DNA of 63,268 nt, taken from NCBI RefSeq assembly GCF_004010195.1, contig NC_057720.1, positions 8,210,615-8,273,882 on the forward strand, in the 5' to 3' direction. The notes below the pieces were generated by a model. It searched no databases and was not told the origin of the DNA. It was given only the letters and a program-made list of their open reading frames with translations. This DNA is from Chiloscyllium plagiosum. Taxonomy: Eukaryota. Below are positions 51,391-63,268 of this stretch, piece by piece (the first letter of the stretch is position 1; every line of letters begins with the position of its first letter). The translations under genes and the position numbers were made by a program.

Positions 51391-52526
51391 CCCTGGTGAG
51401 TTGGGCTGGCAGAGAAAAGGGGAAAGGATTCGAAAAAAAGATTAGATTCATACTGTTTTATGGGATTTGGAAAAATACTGAGTCGAAGAACTATAGCATT
51501 TTAGCCCTTTTCAGTCCTGAGCATAAACAGGACGATTTATATTCCTCGATTTCATCAAGTCTGGAAGGTCACAGCAATGGGAACAATGAACAATCCCCTT
51601 AAAAAAACACTCTTCATCTGACACTTTCTACAGCAGCATTAAGCAGTTTTAAAAACTATTTAACCTTTTGTTCCACTCCAGTTCCTCTCTGCCTCACAGA
51701 GCTGTAAAATATAATGACCAACTGCAAATTGTGAACTTTCATTTCCATTTTATTTCCTGCATCGAGGGCAATTCAATTAGTGTTATAATTTGCGATTACA
51801 CTTGGACTGATGTAATGTATTCATGCTGTTACATTCTCTCCGTTCATGAAAATCATCCCCTTGTAAATTGCATGCTCTGATGCAAAAGTATTGTCTGCCA
51901 ATTTTATTTCACATGACGTCAAACTTTTGCTAAGATCCTTTCCTCATTCATTCTTGGGTTTGGGCATTCTTGCCAAGTCCAGCAATAATTGACCATCACT
52001 AGTTGTCCCAGAGAAGATGGTTTCAGGTCTTTGCTTGATCCACTGCCATAATTACAAGAAGACAGGCAGAATGATGGAAGAACACAGCAAGTCAGCAGCA
52101 TCAGGTGGTGGAGAGCCGACTACTTTGGATTCCAGCATCTGTGGGTTTTTTTTTGTCTCTAACCATAATTGCAATGAAGATACAGTAGAAAAGACAGCTT
52201 CAGGATACTGACCCATCTATGATGCAGAGACAGTGATATAATTCCAAGACAGGATGGTTCAGAGCAACCTGGGGATGGTGGTGTTCCCAATCTTTGTCCC
52301 CCATCTCCTTGTCATGGAACTGTAACAGAAAAGTCAGGACTGGAACACGTTCTGACTCGTGGAATTCCACGCAGACTAGCCATTCTTTGGCGCCTCTCCT
52401 AGATGTATCATTGAATACCTCCATGTAATGTGAATCTCAACCTATCCTGAGCCAGACAAGGACTCCTTACTGCAATATCAATCATAATCCTCGCCCTGGC
52501 TATTCTCTTTACCCTTCCCGTTAATG

Positions 52527-52836
52527 TAGATTAGATTAGATTACTTTACAGTGTGGAAACAGGCCCTTCGGCCCAATAAATCCACACCGACCCGCCGAAA
52601 CGCAACCCACCCATACCCCTCCATTTACCCCTAACACTACGGACAATTTAGCATGGCCAATTCACCTTGCCTGCACATCTTTGGACTTTTGGAGGAAACC
52701 GGAGCACCCGGAGGAAACCCACGCAGACACGGGGAGAATGTGCAAACTCCACACAGTCAGTCACCTGAGTCGGGAATTGAACCCGGGTCTCTGACGCTGT
52801 GAGGCAGCAATGCTAACCACTGTGCCACCGTGCCGC
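52527..52836 (-). mobile_element. Young V-SINE (HE1-like)
   Basis: Near-identical antisense of 37134-37453. Confidence 0.95.
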
Positions 52837-52965
52837 TGAAATCTTTCAATTGTTACTACAAGTGATTTCAGTTAGTTTGAACCTTTCTCATCTTGGGGTT
52901 TACTGTATGCAATGCCTTTATCCAACAGACCATTTGAAAAGGTATTAATTTTTCTACAAAATAAC

Positions 52966-53262
52966 AGCACAGTGGCTCAGTGGTTAGCACTGCTGCCTCA
53001 CAGAACCAGGGTCCCAGGTTCAATTCCAGCCTCGGATGACTGTTTGTGTGGAGTTTGCACATTCTCCCTGTATCTGTGTGGGTTTCCTCCCACAGTCCAA
53101 AGATGTGCAGGTCAGGTGGATTGGCCATGCTAAATTGCCCATTGGCTAGGTGCGTTAGTCAGAGGGAAATGGGTCTGGGTGGGTTACTCTTCTGAGGGTC
53201 AGTGTGGACTTGTTGGGCCGAAGGGCCTGTTTCCACACTGTAGGGAATCTAATCTAGTCTAA
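52966..53262 (+). mobile_element. V-SINE (HE1-like)
   Basis: A and B boxes, V-domain and aatct tail. Confidence 0.92.
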
Positions 53263-53294
53263 TTAAAAATTTGTTGCAAGCTGTCATTCAGACA

Positions 53295-54392
53295 GTCATA
53301 GAGTCACACAGCATTAGATCCTGCAGTCGAACCAGCCAATGCCGAACATAATCCCAAACTAAACAAGGCCCACATGTCTGTGCTTGACCCATTTCCCTCC
53401 AAACTTTTCCTATTCATGAACTTATTGAAATGTCTTCTAAATGTTTTAACAGTACCTGCATTCATTACTTCTTCTGGAAGTTAATTCCACACACAAACCA
53501 CTCTATGAAAAAGGTGCTCCTCATATCCTTTTTAAATCTTTCCCCTCTCACTTTAAAAATATGCTCCCCCAGTCTTGAAATCGTCCATCAAAGGGAAAAA
53601 AACTCCTGTGGGGTGAAAATGGGATCCATGCAGCATTGGGATTTGGAGAAATGTGCGTGATTTCACTAACTACACTGTCCCCCAAGCCACCATCTGTTAG
53701 ACAATGTGTGTTGCAATGATGATGTAAAGGAGTAAGAGAACCTGCTATTAAGTATTTTTAATTAGGTGCACAAATCACTGCAAGGAGTCATAGAGCATGG
53801 AAACAGATCCATTGGTCCAACCCGTCCATGCTGACCAGATATCCCAACCCAATCTAGTCCCACCTGCCAGCAGCTGACCTATATCCTTCCAAATCCTTCC
53901 AATTCACATACCAATTCAAATACCTCTTAAATGTTGCAATTGTACCAGCCTCCACCACTTCCTCTGGCAGTTCATTCCATGTACGTACCATGCTCAGTGT
54001 GAAAAACTTGCCCTTCAGCTCCCTTTAACATCTTTCCCTTCTCGCCCTAAACCTATGCCCTCTAGTTCTGGACTCCCCCACCCCAGGGAAAAGACTTTGT
54101 CTATTTATCCTTTCCATGCCCCTCATAATTTTGTAAACCTCTACAAGGTCACCCCTCAGCCTCCGACGCTCCAGGGAATACAGCCCCAGCCTGTTCACCC
54201 TCTCCCTGTAGCTCAAACCCTCCAACCTGGCAACATCCTTGTAAATCTATTCTGAACCCTTTCAAGTTTCACAACATCTTTCCGATAGGAAGGAGACCAA
54301 AATTGCATGCAATATTCCAACAGTGGCCTCACCAATGTCCTGTACAGCCACAACATGACTGCCCAACTCCTGTACTCAATAGTCTGACCAAA
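53295..54392 (-). mobile_element. Two CR1 3' fragments (53295-53600 and 53787-54392)
   Basis: SYRERVNRLGLYSLERRRLRGDLVEVYKIMRG, with gagtcata tails. Confidence 0.88.
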
Positions 54393-55002
54393 CAGGATAT
54401 TCGCACCATTTTCTCTCTGACAGCAAGATTAGCTTTGATGCTGACAGGGAGAAGGTGAATTTACATTCATGCAGTACCCTCTCACCACATGAGATTGTAT
54501 TCAGTGAATTACTTTGAATGATTGGTGGTACATTGATTAGCATGGCAATCATTTTTCACTGGAAATTCTTCACGCCCTTTCTCTGTTCTTCAACCTCACT
54601 CTCCCTACATCGGCCTTTATATATCCTCAGCATTTCAATGCTTTAAAGCTTCACCATTCAGGTATTTTATTGCCCCAGGGCCTGTGACACTCTTTCATGC
54701 ATTCCCTTCATTCCCCATTATTCATCTCCCATTGAACAGCTCAATAGATTCCTATTTTTCAAAGATCCTTCAGCTATGCAGTTTGGATGGCATCCTTCCA
54801 TTTGGACTCTTGCACAACCCAAAGTTTCACTGCTCTAACAATAACGATTGAATGGCACGGCAGACTTAATGGGCTGAATGGGCTCCTTCTGTTCCTACAT
54901 CTACGGTCTTATTTAGCTGCCCAGGTTCTAAGCTCTAGAATCCACCCCTAAATCACTTTGGCTCTCTATCTTCCTTCAAACAACTGCTCGAAGAACTCCC
55001 AA

Positions 55003-55220
55003 AAAAAACAAAAACAGAAGTTGCTGGAAGTGCTCAGCAGGTCTGGCAGCGTCTGTGTCGAGAAATCAGAGTTAACTCTTCGGGTCCCGTGACCCTTCCT
55101 CAGAACAGACCTGAAATGTCAATTCAGATTTCTCTCCACAGACGCTGCCAGACCTGCTTTTCAAGCAGCTTCTGATTTTGTTTCTGGTTTACAGCATCCG
55201 TAGTTCTTTCTGTTTTTATT
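55003..55220. mobile_element. Palindromic PLE family D insertion
   Basis: Inverted arms. Minus strand 55106-55071 reads gtt CTGAGGA a gggtc acgg gaccc GAAg ag TT aac. Confidence 0.82.
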
Positions 55221-56002
55221 CTGAGAACCCATTTCTTTGACCAAGTTTTTGTCATTTGCCCGACAAACTGCATTTATAGTTTGGTATTAAAATCTGGTTT
55301 GATTGCACTCCTGTGCAGTTTATTAAATAGCTCTATAATTGCAAGCTGTTGTTTTTATTGCATGGCAGGATTTAATGCTCAAGGTCGAGATGATATGAAG
55401 ATTTTAAATATTGTGACAGAATAGGCCTGCTGGCCCTTTTCAGATTGTAAGCCAGTTACTTGACATGAGACATTATACTCAAGCATGACTCAACGATCAC
55501 TCTGTTCCCTTCTATTCTGATCAATCATATCAATAGGTAATGTTGCTAGATCAATAGCTGACAATTATTTTGCCATTGGCTGTATAGAGGATTCATTGAA
55601 GCTGAGAGTAAACCTCTCTTTTTGCACATTAAACCAGTCCCTGAAAAAAATCAATAAAAGGTTGACAGTTTCAGCAGTGTTGGAACAATGAGGTAGAGCT
55701 GTTCTCACTAATGATTGTCAAAGAAGGAAGTGTTAGATTTCTCCGCAACACAACAAGAGAAGCTGAAATGTTTTAAGCAGCTTCAGTCAGCTCCAGTTTG
55801 TCCACAGCTGATTTCCATTAAAAGGTCAAGTGTCAAAAATTGTTGGAAAGTTGATTTCATATTAAAGATCGACATTCAGGGGGGTCAAGCCCATGTGACA
55901 GGACATGACTGGAACAATGGAGGCTTTTAGCACAAAAGGAGACCATTTAGTTCATCGTGGCTGTGATAGCCCTTTGAAAGAGCTATCTCCCCAAGCCTCC
56001 TT

Positions 56003-56560
56003 GAGTCATAGAGATGTACAGCGCAGAAACAGACCCTGCAGTCTAACTCGCCCATGCCGACAAGATATCCCAAATTAATCTTGTCCCATTTGCAAGCAAT
56101 GGACCCATCTCCCTCTAAGTCCTTCTTATTCATATTCCATCCAGATGCCTTTTAAATGTTGTAATTGTCCCAGCCTCCACCACTTCCTCTTCCACACACG
56201 CACCACCCTCTGTGTGAAAAAGTTGCCCCTTAGGTGCCTTTTCAACTTTTCCTCTCTCACCTTAAACTTATGCCCTCTGGACTCCCCCACCCTGAGGAAA
56301 AGACCTTGTCTATTTATCCTATCCATGACTCTCATCATTGTACAGACCTCTATAAGGTCACCCCTCAGCTCCAGGGAAAATAACTCCAGTCTCTTTTACC
56401 CCTCCCAATAACTCAAACGCTGCAACCCTGGCAACATCCTTGTAAATCTTTTCTGACCCTTTTCAATTTTAACAACATCCTTCCTCTAGCAGGGAGACCA
56501 GAATGGCACACAATATTCCAAAAGTGGCCTAACCAATGTCCTTTACAGACTCAACGTACC
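56003..56560 (-). mobile_element. CR1 3' fragment
   Basis: RGNFFTQRVVRVW, with a gagtcatagag tail. Confidence 0.88.
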
Positions 56561-56831
56561 TTCAGTGCCACAGTCATTCAAATTTCCTTTTTTCAAGTAA
56601 CTATCCAATCGCCTTCTGAAATTTAATTTGGATTCCACTTCCATTTTGTTTTCTGGCCACGATAGTTCACTGTGTGAAGAAATATCCCCCAAACAACTAC
56701 CTTGATTTTTCGCCAATGATCTTAAATTGGTGCCTAGTTGCTGATTCCCCTGACAATGTCTTCTGATTTAACACATCAACATCCTTCGTGATTATAAACA
56801 GCACTGCTACCTTCTGTAATAAAAAAAGTAG

Positions 56832-57445
56832 TCAGTGGGTCTAGCAGCATCCATTGAGAGAGAAACAACATTAATGTTTCGAAGACAGTTTGGCTCAATT
56901 TCAGAAATGAAAGGAGCTGGAAAATGATGTTGAGGAGTGGGAGGAGCAGGAAGTGGTATAGTAGTAAAGGTGTGGAACAGCCTGCCCACAACAGTAGTAG
57001 ACTTGCCAACTTTAAGGGCATTTAAATGGTCATTAGATAAACATAAGGATGAAAATGTAATAGCGCAGGTTAGATGGGCTTCAGATTGGTTTCACAGGTC
57101 GGCGCAACATTGAGGGTTGAAGGACCTGTACTATGCTATAACATTCTATGTTCTATAGTGAGGGTACCCAGACCAAATGGCAAAATGAGTGCTAACGGAA
57201 GTCAAGGAAGGATTGAAGTGTAAATAGGTCTTATTGATACACGTGAGTGTTAGTTAGCTGTATATGTGGGTTGGGGTGGGGGAGGGAGGCGTTTGGAGGG
57301 GCATTAATATACAGACGACAGAAGTTGTGGAAGTCAATATTGAGTCCTGGAGACTGTAAAATGCAGTGTTGTTCTTCAAGTTTGTTCTAAAGCTCCATTG
57401 GAATCCTGTAGCAGAATTAGCATGGAAATGTTAGCACAGGGGAAT
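56832..57445 (-). mobile_element. Decayed PLE family D with a plus-strand CR1 tail (56930-57156) inside
   Basis: D module at 56832-56925; CR1 RVVKVWNSLP and ttctatgttcta tail. Confidence 0.6.
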
Positions 57446-57917
57446 CTCGATAAATGAAAAGGGAGCGATGATAAGACCCTTTCTTTCATTCACTCATGAG
57501 ACATGGACACTGCTAGTTGGCCAGCATCCCCAGCTGCCCTTGAGAAGGTTGTGGTGAGCTACCTTCCTGAACTGCTGCAGCCCATATGCTGTAGGAAGAC
57601 CCAGAACTCCCTTAAGGAGGGACTTCCAGGCACAGATGGAACAGAGATATATTTCCAAGTCAGGATGGTGAGTGGCTTGGAGGGGATCTTGTAGCTGTTG
57701 GTGTTCCCAAGTATCTGTTGCCATTATCCTTCCAGAATTGTAAAATCCTCCCAGCATGGAAGCAGGCCATTCTGCCCATTGAGTCCACACTGCCCCTCCA
57801 AAGAGCAACCCACCTAGACCCACCCCCTCCTACCCCAACCCTGTACCTGCACATTTCCCAAGACTAACCCACTGAACCTCTACATCCCTGGACACTATGG
57901 GCAATTTAGCATGGCCA

Positions 57918-60152
57918 GAGGTGCAACATGTACCAGAAAATAGAAAAGGCATGTCAGAAAGGCAAGGTCACGGTGATCATGGGGGACTTCAATATGCAGG
58001 TGGACTGGGTAAATAATGTTGCCGGTGGATCCAAAGAAAGGGAATTCTTGGAATGCTTACAGGATGGCTTTTTGGAACAGCTTGTCATGGAGCCCACAAG
58101 GGAGCGGGCTATTTTGGACCCAGTACTATGTAATGAACCAGACTTTATAAAAGATCTTAAAGTAAGGGAAAACTTAGGAAGCAGCAATCATAATATGGTA
58201 GAGTTCAGTCTGCAGTTTGAAAGAGAGAAGGCAAAATCAGATGTAATGGTGTTTCAGTTAAACAAAGGTAATTATGAGGGCATGAGAGAGGAATTGACGA
58301 AAATCGACTGCAAGCAGAGCCTAGCAGGGAAGACAGTAGAGCAAAAATGGCAGGAGTTTGTGGGTATAATTGAGGACACAGTACAGAGGTTCACTCCCAA
58401 GAAAAGCAAGATTATCCGCGGAGGGATTGGACAGCCATGGCTGACAAAGGAAGTCAGGAAATGTATCAAAGAAAAATAGAGATCCTATAAAGTGGCCAAG
58501 AGCACTGGGAAATCAAAAGATTGGGAAGGCTGCAAAAACAAACAGAGGATAACAAAGAGAGAAATAAGGAAGGAGAGGATCAAATATGAAGGTAGGCTAG
58601 CTAGTAATATTAGAAATGATAGTAAAAGTTTCTTTCAATACATAAGAAACAAACGACAGGCAAAAGTAGACATTGGGCCACTTCAAACTGATGCTGGAAG
58701 CCTAGTGATGGGAGATAAGGAAATAGCAGGAGAACTTAACACGTACTTTGCGTCAGTCTTCACAGTGGAAGACATGAGTAATATCCCAACAATTAAAGGG
58801 AGTCGGGGGCTGAGTTGAGTATGGTTGCCATTACAAAAGAGAAAGTGAGGGAAAAGCTAAAAGGTCATAAAATTGATAAATCTCCTGGCCTCGATGGGCT
58901 ACATCCTAGAGTTCTGAGGGAGGAAGCTGAGGAAATAGCTGAGGCGTTGGTTGAGATCTTTCAAAAGTCACTGGAGTNNNNNNNNNNNNNNNNNNNNNNN
59001 NNNNNNNNNNNNNNNNNNNNNNNNNNNNNNNNNNNNNNNNNNNNNNNNNNNNNNNNNNNNNNNNNNNNNNNNNNNNNNNNNNNNNNNNNNNNNNNNNNNN
59101 NNNNNNNNNNNNNNNNNNNNNNNNNNNNNNNNNNNNNNNNNNNNNNNNNNNNNNNNNNNNNNNNNNNNNNNNNNNNNNNNNNNNNNNNNNNNNNNNNNNN
59201 NNNNNNNNNNNNNNNNNNNNNNNNNNNNNNNNNNNNNNNNNNNNNNNNNNNNNNNNNNNNNNNNNNNNNNNNNNNNNNNNNNNNNNNNNNNNNNNNNNNN
59301 NNNNNNNNNNNNNNNNNNNNNNNNNNNNNNNNNNNNNNNNNNNNNNNNNNNNNNNNNNNNNNNNNNNNNNNNNNNNNNNNNNNNNNNNNNNNNNNNNNNN
59401 NNNNNNNNNNNNNNNNNNNNNNNNNNNNNNNNNNNNNNNNNNNNNNNNNNNNNNNNNNNNNNNNNNNNNNNNNNNNNNNNNNNNNNNNNNNNNNNNNNNN
59501 NNNNNNNNNNNNNNNNNNNNNNNNNNNNNNNNNNNNNNNNNNNNNNNNNNNNNNNNNNNNNNNNNNNNNNNNNNNNNNNNNNNNNNNNNNNNNNNNNNNN
59601 NNNNNNNNNNNNNNNNNNNNNNNNNNNNNNNNNNNNNNNNNNNNNNNNNNNNNNNNTGTCCAGCGGAGATTCACATGGATGATCCCTGGAATGGTAGGTC
59701 TAACATATGAGGAACGGCTGAGGATCCTGGGATTGTACTCATTGGAGTTTAGAAGGTTAAGGGGAGATCTAATAGAAACTTACAAGATAATACATGGCTT
59801 GGAAAGGGTGGACGCTAAGAAATTGTTTCCGTTAGGCAGGGAGACTAGGACCTGTGGGCACAGCCTTAAAATTGGAGGGGGTCAATTCAGAACAGAAATG
59901 CGGAGACATTTCTTCATCCAGAGAATGGTGGGCCTGTGGAATTCATTGTCGCGGAGTGCAGTGGAGGCCGGGACGCTAAATGTCTTCAAGGCAGAGATTG
60001 ATAAATTCTTGATATCACAAGGAATTAAGGGCTACAGGGAGAATGCGGGTAAGTGGATTTGAAATGCCCATCAGCCATGATTAAATGGCAGAGTGGACTC
60101 GATGGGTCGAATGGCCTTACTTCCACTCCTATGTCTTGTGGTCTTATGGTCT
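57918..60152 (+). mobile_element. Young 5'-truncated CR1 LINE, ORF2 (APE endonuclease, RT across N gap, 3' UTR)
   Basis: ORFs 57928-58479 (IMGDFN, EPTRERAILD, SSNHNMVEF), 58492-58818 and 58815-60062 (KSPGLDGLHPRVL; LGLYSLEFRRLRGDLIETYK). One stop and one frameshift. It splits a minus-strand V-SINE (57745-57917 / 60153-60300). Confidence 0.93.
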
Positions 60153-61033
60153 TAATCCACCTTACCTGCACTGTGGGAGGAAATCCATACAGATATGGTG
60201 AGAATGTGCAAAATCCACACAGACAATCACCCAAGGGTGCTATTGAACTCTGATCCCTGGTACTGTGAAGCAGCAGTGCTAACCACAGAGCCATCGTGCC
60301 TCACCATTTCCAGATGGAAGTGATCATAAGTTTCGGAAGGTGCTGTCTAAGGATCTTGGCTGAATTTCTGCAGTGCATCTTGGAGATGGTAGACACTGCT
60401 GCCACTGAGCATTGGTGGTGGAGGGAGTGGATACTTGGTGGTTGCATTCAGATAGATTGAGTGAGGTGATGTAGAGTGGGAGAAACATTAACACTAGCTT
60501 ACGCATGTATCTGTGCTGAAGATTTGATGTAATTCTGTGCAGTAAATGACCCGTATGCCCTTGGGTATTTTTCTCATGGGTGAAGTGAGAGGAGTTAGTT
60601 CACAGGACATTAGTCTCTCAGAATTGAGAGCAAATGAACACTATTGTAAAAGTAAGTCCAGTGATGTTCAGAAGGAGCTCCCAGTATCATTGAATGAATA
60701 CGGTGTTGGCTTTTCTTAATTATAATCACCATGAGAGCACGGGAAGAGAAAGGATTTGTAATTAACCTCCAATTGCAATTATCAGCAGTGTAAATTTCAA
60801 CTGTGACACATGGGGTAATTTCAGCAGCAGCTGCTTCATCAAACCTGAAATTTGCAAAGTGCCTTATCCCACCATATCCTGCTTACATTTTCCAGTGTTG
60901 TGACTGTTCGGCAGGCTGCATTCAAATCAGCTTGTTTTCCTTTTGCTAGCTTCAAGTGTCTTTACTTTTCACTCAGATTTGCTAGCCAGCTTTAAATAGC
61001 AACAGCATTATCTGACAAACACTCTGCTCCCAT

Positions 61034-61448
61034 GAGTTTTGAGAAGATTTGCAGTTCAGGTTGAGGTTCTGGATGGAAGCTTGCTTGCTGAGCTGGGAGG
61101 TTTGTTTCCAGATGTTTCATTACTAGTATCCTTACATACAGCTGAGGAATGACACTACTTTGACTGGGACAACACATCCATTTTGGATAAGCCAAACAGA
61201 GACACGCATGAGAATTGCTGGAAGTATGGCATTCCAACTAGAACTCTGCCAACAGACACATCCCATTTACCACCCTTTGAGAAAAAGAACAGGAAATGAC
61301 ATCACCAACACAGGAAATGCTATCAACCCAGAAAATGACATCACCAAGCCAAGGAAGTCTAAACACACAACTAGCATGCCACCAGTGCTTCACTAGAGGC
61401 TCACTCATGGGGTTATCTAGTCAGGTGACGAAGCGTCTGAAAACAAAA
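61034..61448. mobile_element. PLE family C with inverted end
   Basis: FDWDNTSIL matches the 12312-12614 family. TSD tctgctcccat (61023-61033, 61449-61459). Confidence 0.85.
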
Positions 61449-61469
61449 TCTGCTCCCATATCTTGACCC

Positions 61470-61760
61470 GCACCAATTCACATATTGCACAATATGTTGG
61501 CCAAACTCCCCTTGTTCCCAGCCAAGTGGCACCCCATGATTGAAGCATTCTCATTTCTGTGGTCTCTGTAATCTCTTCCATAGCCTTGGAGATTTCTGCA
61601 CTGCTCTAATTCCGGCCACCCAGGCATCCCTGCTTTTGATTATTCCACTGCAGGTTACTGCGCCCTAAGTCCTGGATATGTCAAGGTTTGGAATTCCGTT
61701 CCTGAACCCGTCTGCCTGTTATCAGAAACTTCCTTAAAGTTGACCGCTTTTAGCAAACTC
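61470..61760 (+). mobile_element. Old L2-like 3' fragment
   Basis: ctgcactgctctaattccggcc...tggaattcc resembles relics at about 7970-8100 and 47060-47230. Confidence 0.5.
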
Positions 61761-61774
61761 TCAGTAATTTTTAT

Positions 61775-62090
61775 GATTATTCACAGGATGTGTGCATTGC
61801 CCATTTATTTTCAAATCGCCCAGAGAGCAAGCAAGAGTCAACCATGTTGCTGTGGGTCTGGAGTCACATGGATACCAGACCAGGTAAGGATTTCTTTCCC
61901 TTAGGGGCATTAGTGAACCAGATGTCTTGTTAATAACAGTCAACAGTAGTTTCACGGTCTTCATTCAACGGGCTTTTCATTCCAGATTTTTTTTCTCTAT
62001 TGAATTCAAATTTCGCCATCTGCCATTGTCGGATTTGAAATCAAATCCCCAGTACTTGAGGTAACAAATCCAGTGACGATTTGGACGCTA
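61775..62090 (-). mobile_element. SINE family E
   Basis: Antisense body gttgctgtgggtctggagtcacatg...attgaattcaaattt. Confidence 0.8.
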
Positions 62091-62309
62091 GCCCCTCTCC
62101 CTAATATCGGCATTGCAATCTGATGCTCAATTTAACTTCAGTTTCTTGAAAATCCTTGCCTTGGTTTTAAATAACTCCCCAGCACTGCTGTCACATTCCT
62201 TGTACCACCAAATCCAGTCCACTCCTAACCGACCCCCCCACTGTGCCTCACCGACAATATCAGGGTCCACCAATCCAACACCATTCTGATGCCATTCCCT
62301 CTCCATGTA

Positions 62310-62820
62310 ATTTTGAAGTCCATAATTCAGCACAGTGTAATTGAACACTCTCCATTTGCCATGTGAGAGTAATTCTAACAACACTCCAGAGGTTTGCTCC
62401 GTTATAGGGCAAAGCTGTCCATTGCAATGGCAGCTATTCAACATCAGCACACAGTGGCAGCAGTGTGTACCATCTCCACAATGCACCTAAGCAACTCATC
62501 AAGGCTCTTTCAAAAGCAACTTCCAAACCTGTGTCCTCTACCACCTTTAAGGATGAGGGCAGCAGATACATGGGAACACCATCGGCTGTAAGTTCCCTTC
62601 CTACCATTCATCATCCTGACTGAGAAATATATCCTCATTCCTTCGCTGTCACTGGGTCAACATTCTGGAACTCTATTCCTGAACACCACTGGGGTTGTAC
62701 CTATATCAAATGGCCTGCAGCAGTTCAAGAAGGGTGCTCACTACCACTTTCTCAAGGACAACCAGAGATAAGCAATAAGTGCTGGTCCAGCCAACGACAC
62801 CTACATTTCAAGAACCAGTG
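62310..62820 (+). mobile_element. LINE family Z 3' end
   Basis: HQHTVAAVCTISTMH matches the 11339-11539 ORF; tail gcaataagtgctggtccagcc. Confidence 0.8.
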
Positions 62821-62969
62821 AAGAAGCAACATGGGTGTGGTTCCAGGTATGTGGCACCCACTTATCCACATGACAATAAATAAACTAATCAACAATCAAT
62901 AAATCAGTACAACCGTAATTCAACATGAAGTGATGAGGGGGGAAGCAGAGAAGAATGGTAGAGAATGTC

Positions 62970-63268
62970 AGAGAGCACAGAAACAGAGCCTTTGGTCAAA
63001 CTGGTCCACGCTGAACAGATATTCTAAATTAATCTAGTACCATTTGCTAGACCTTGGCTATTTACCCTAGCCACGTCCCTCATGATTTTATAAACCTCTA
63101 TAAGGTCACTCCTCAGCCTTTGATGGTCCAGGGAAAACAGCCCCAGCCTTTTCGGTCTCTTGCTATAGCTCAAACCCTCCAACTCTGGTAACATCCACGT
63201 AAATCTTTTCTGAACCCTTTTTAAGTTTAACAACATCCTTCCTTTAGCACGGAGGCCAGAATTGCATG
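62970..63268 (-). mobile_element. CR1 3' fragment
   Basis: KRVQKRFTWMLPELEGLSY...LGLFSLDHQRLRSDLIEVYKIM. Confidence 0.88.

Overview
This is eukaryotic, vertebrate, repeat-dominated DNA. It is most likely a shark: it carries HE1/V-SINE-type SINEs with partner CR1 3' tails, DeuSINE-like relics and several Penelope-like element (PLE) families. The organism call is inference from the repeat content. I recognise no host protein-coding exon, rRNA, true tRNA gene or CRISPR array, so the window looks intergenic or intronic. Nearly all ORFs in the track are retroelement fragments, antisense shadows of them, or run through N gaps. Contents: many CR1 LINE fragments, including one near-complete decayed copy with a zinc-finger/SGNH-esterase ORF1 and one young copy; a Rex-Babar-like LINE; a CR1/L2-group LINE with an apparent partner SINE; and at least four PLE families. 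The main signal is that the short PLE terminal modules carry minimal type-I hammerhead-ribozyme-like motifs. These share a conserved core but have family-specific covarying stems, and they are dispersed as short TSD-flanked solo or palindromic insertions. Other observations: a perfect 61-bp inverted templated insertion, nested insertion stacks that order the families in time, and repeat-free islands with clustered transcription-factor motifs (candidate enhancers). Element boundaries were read by eye and are approximate.
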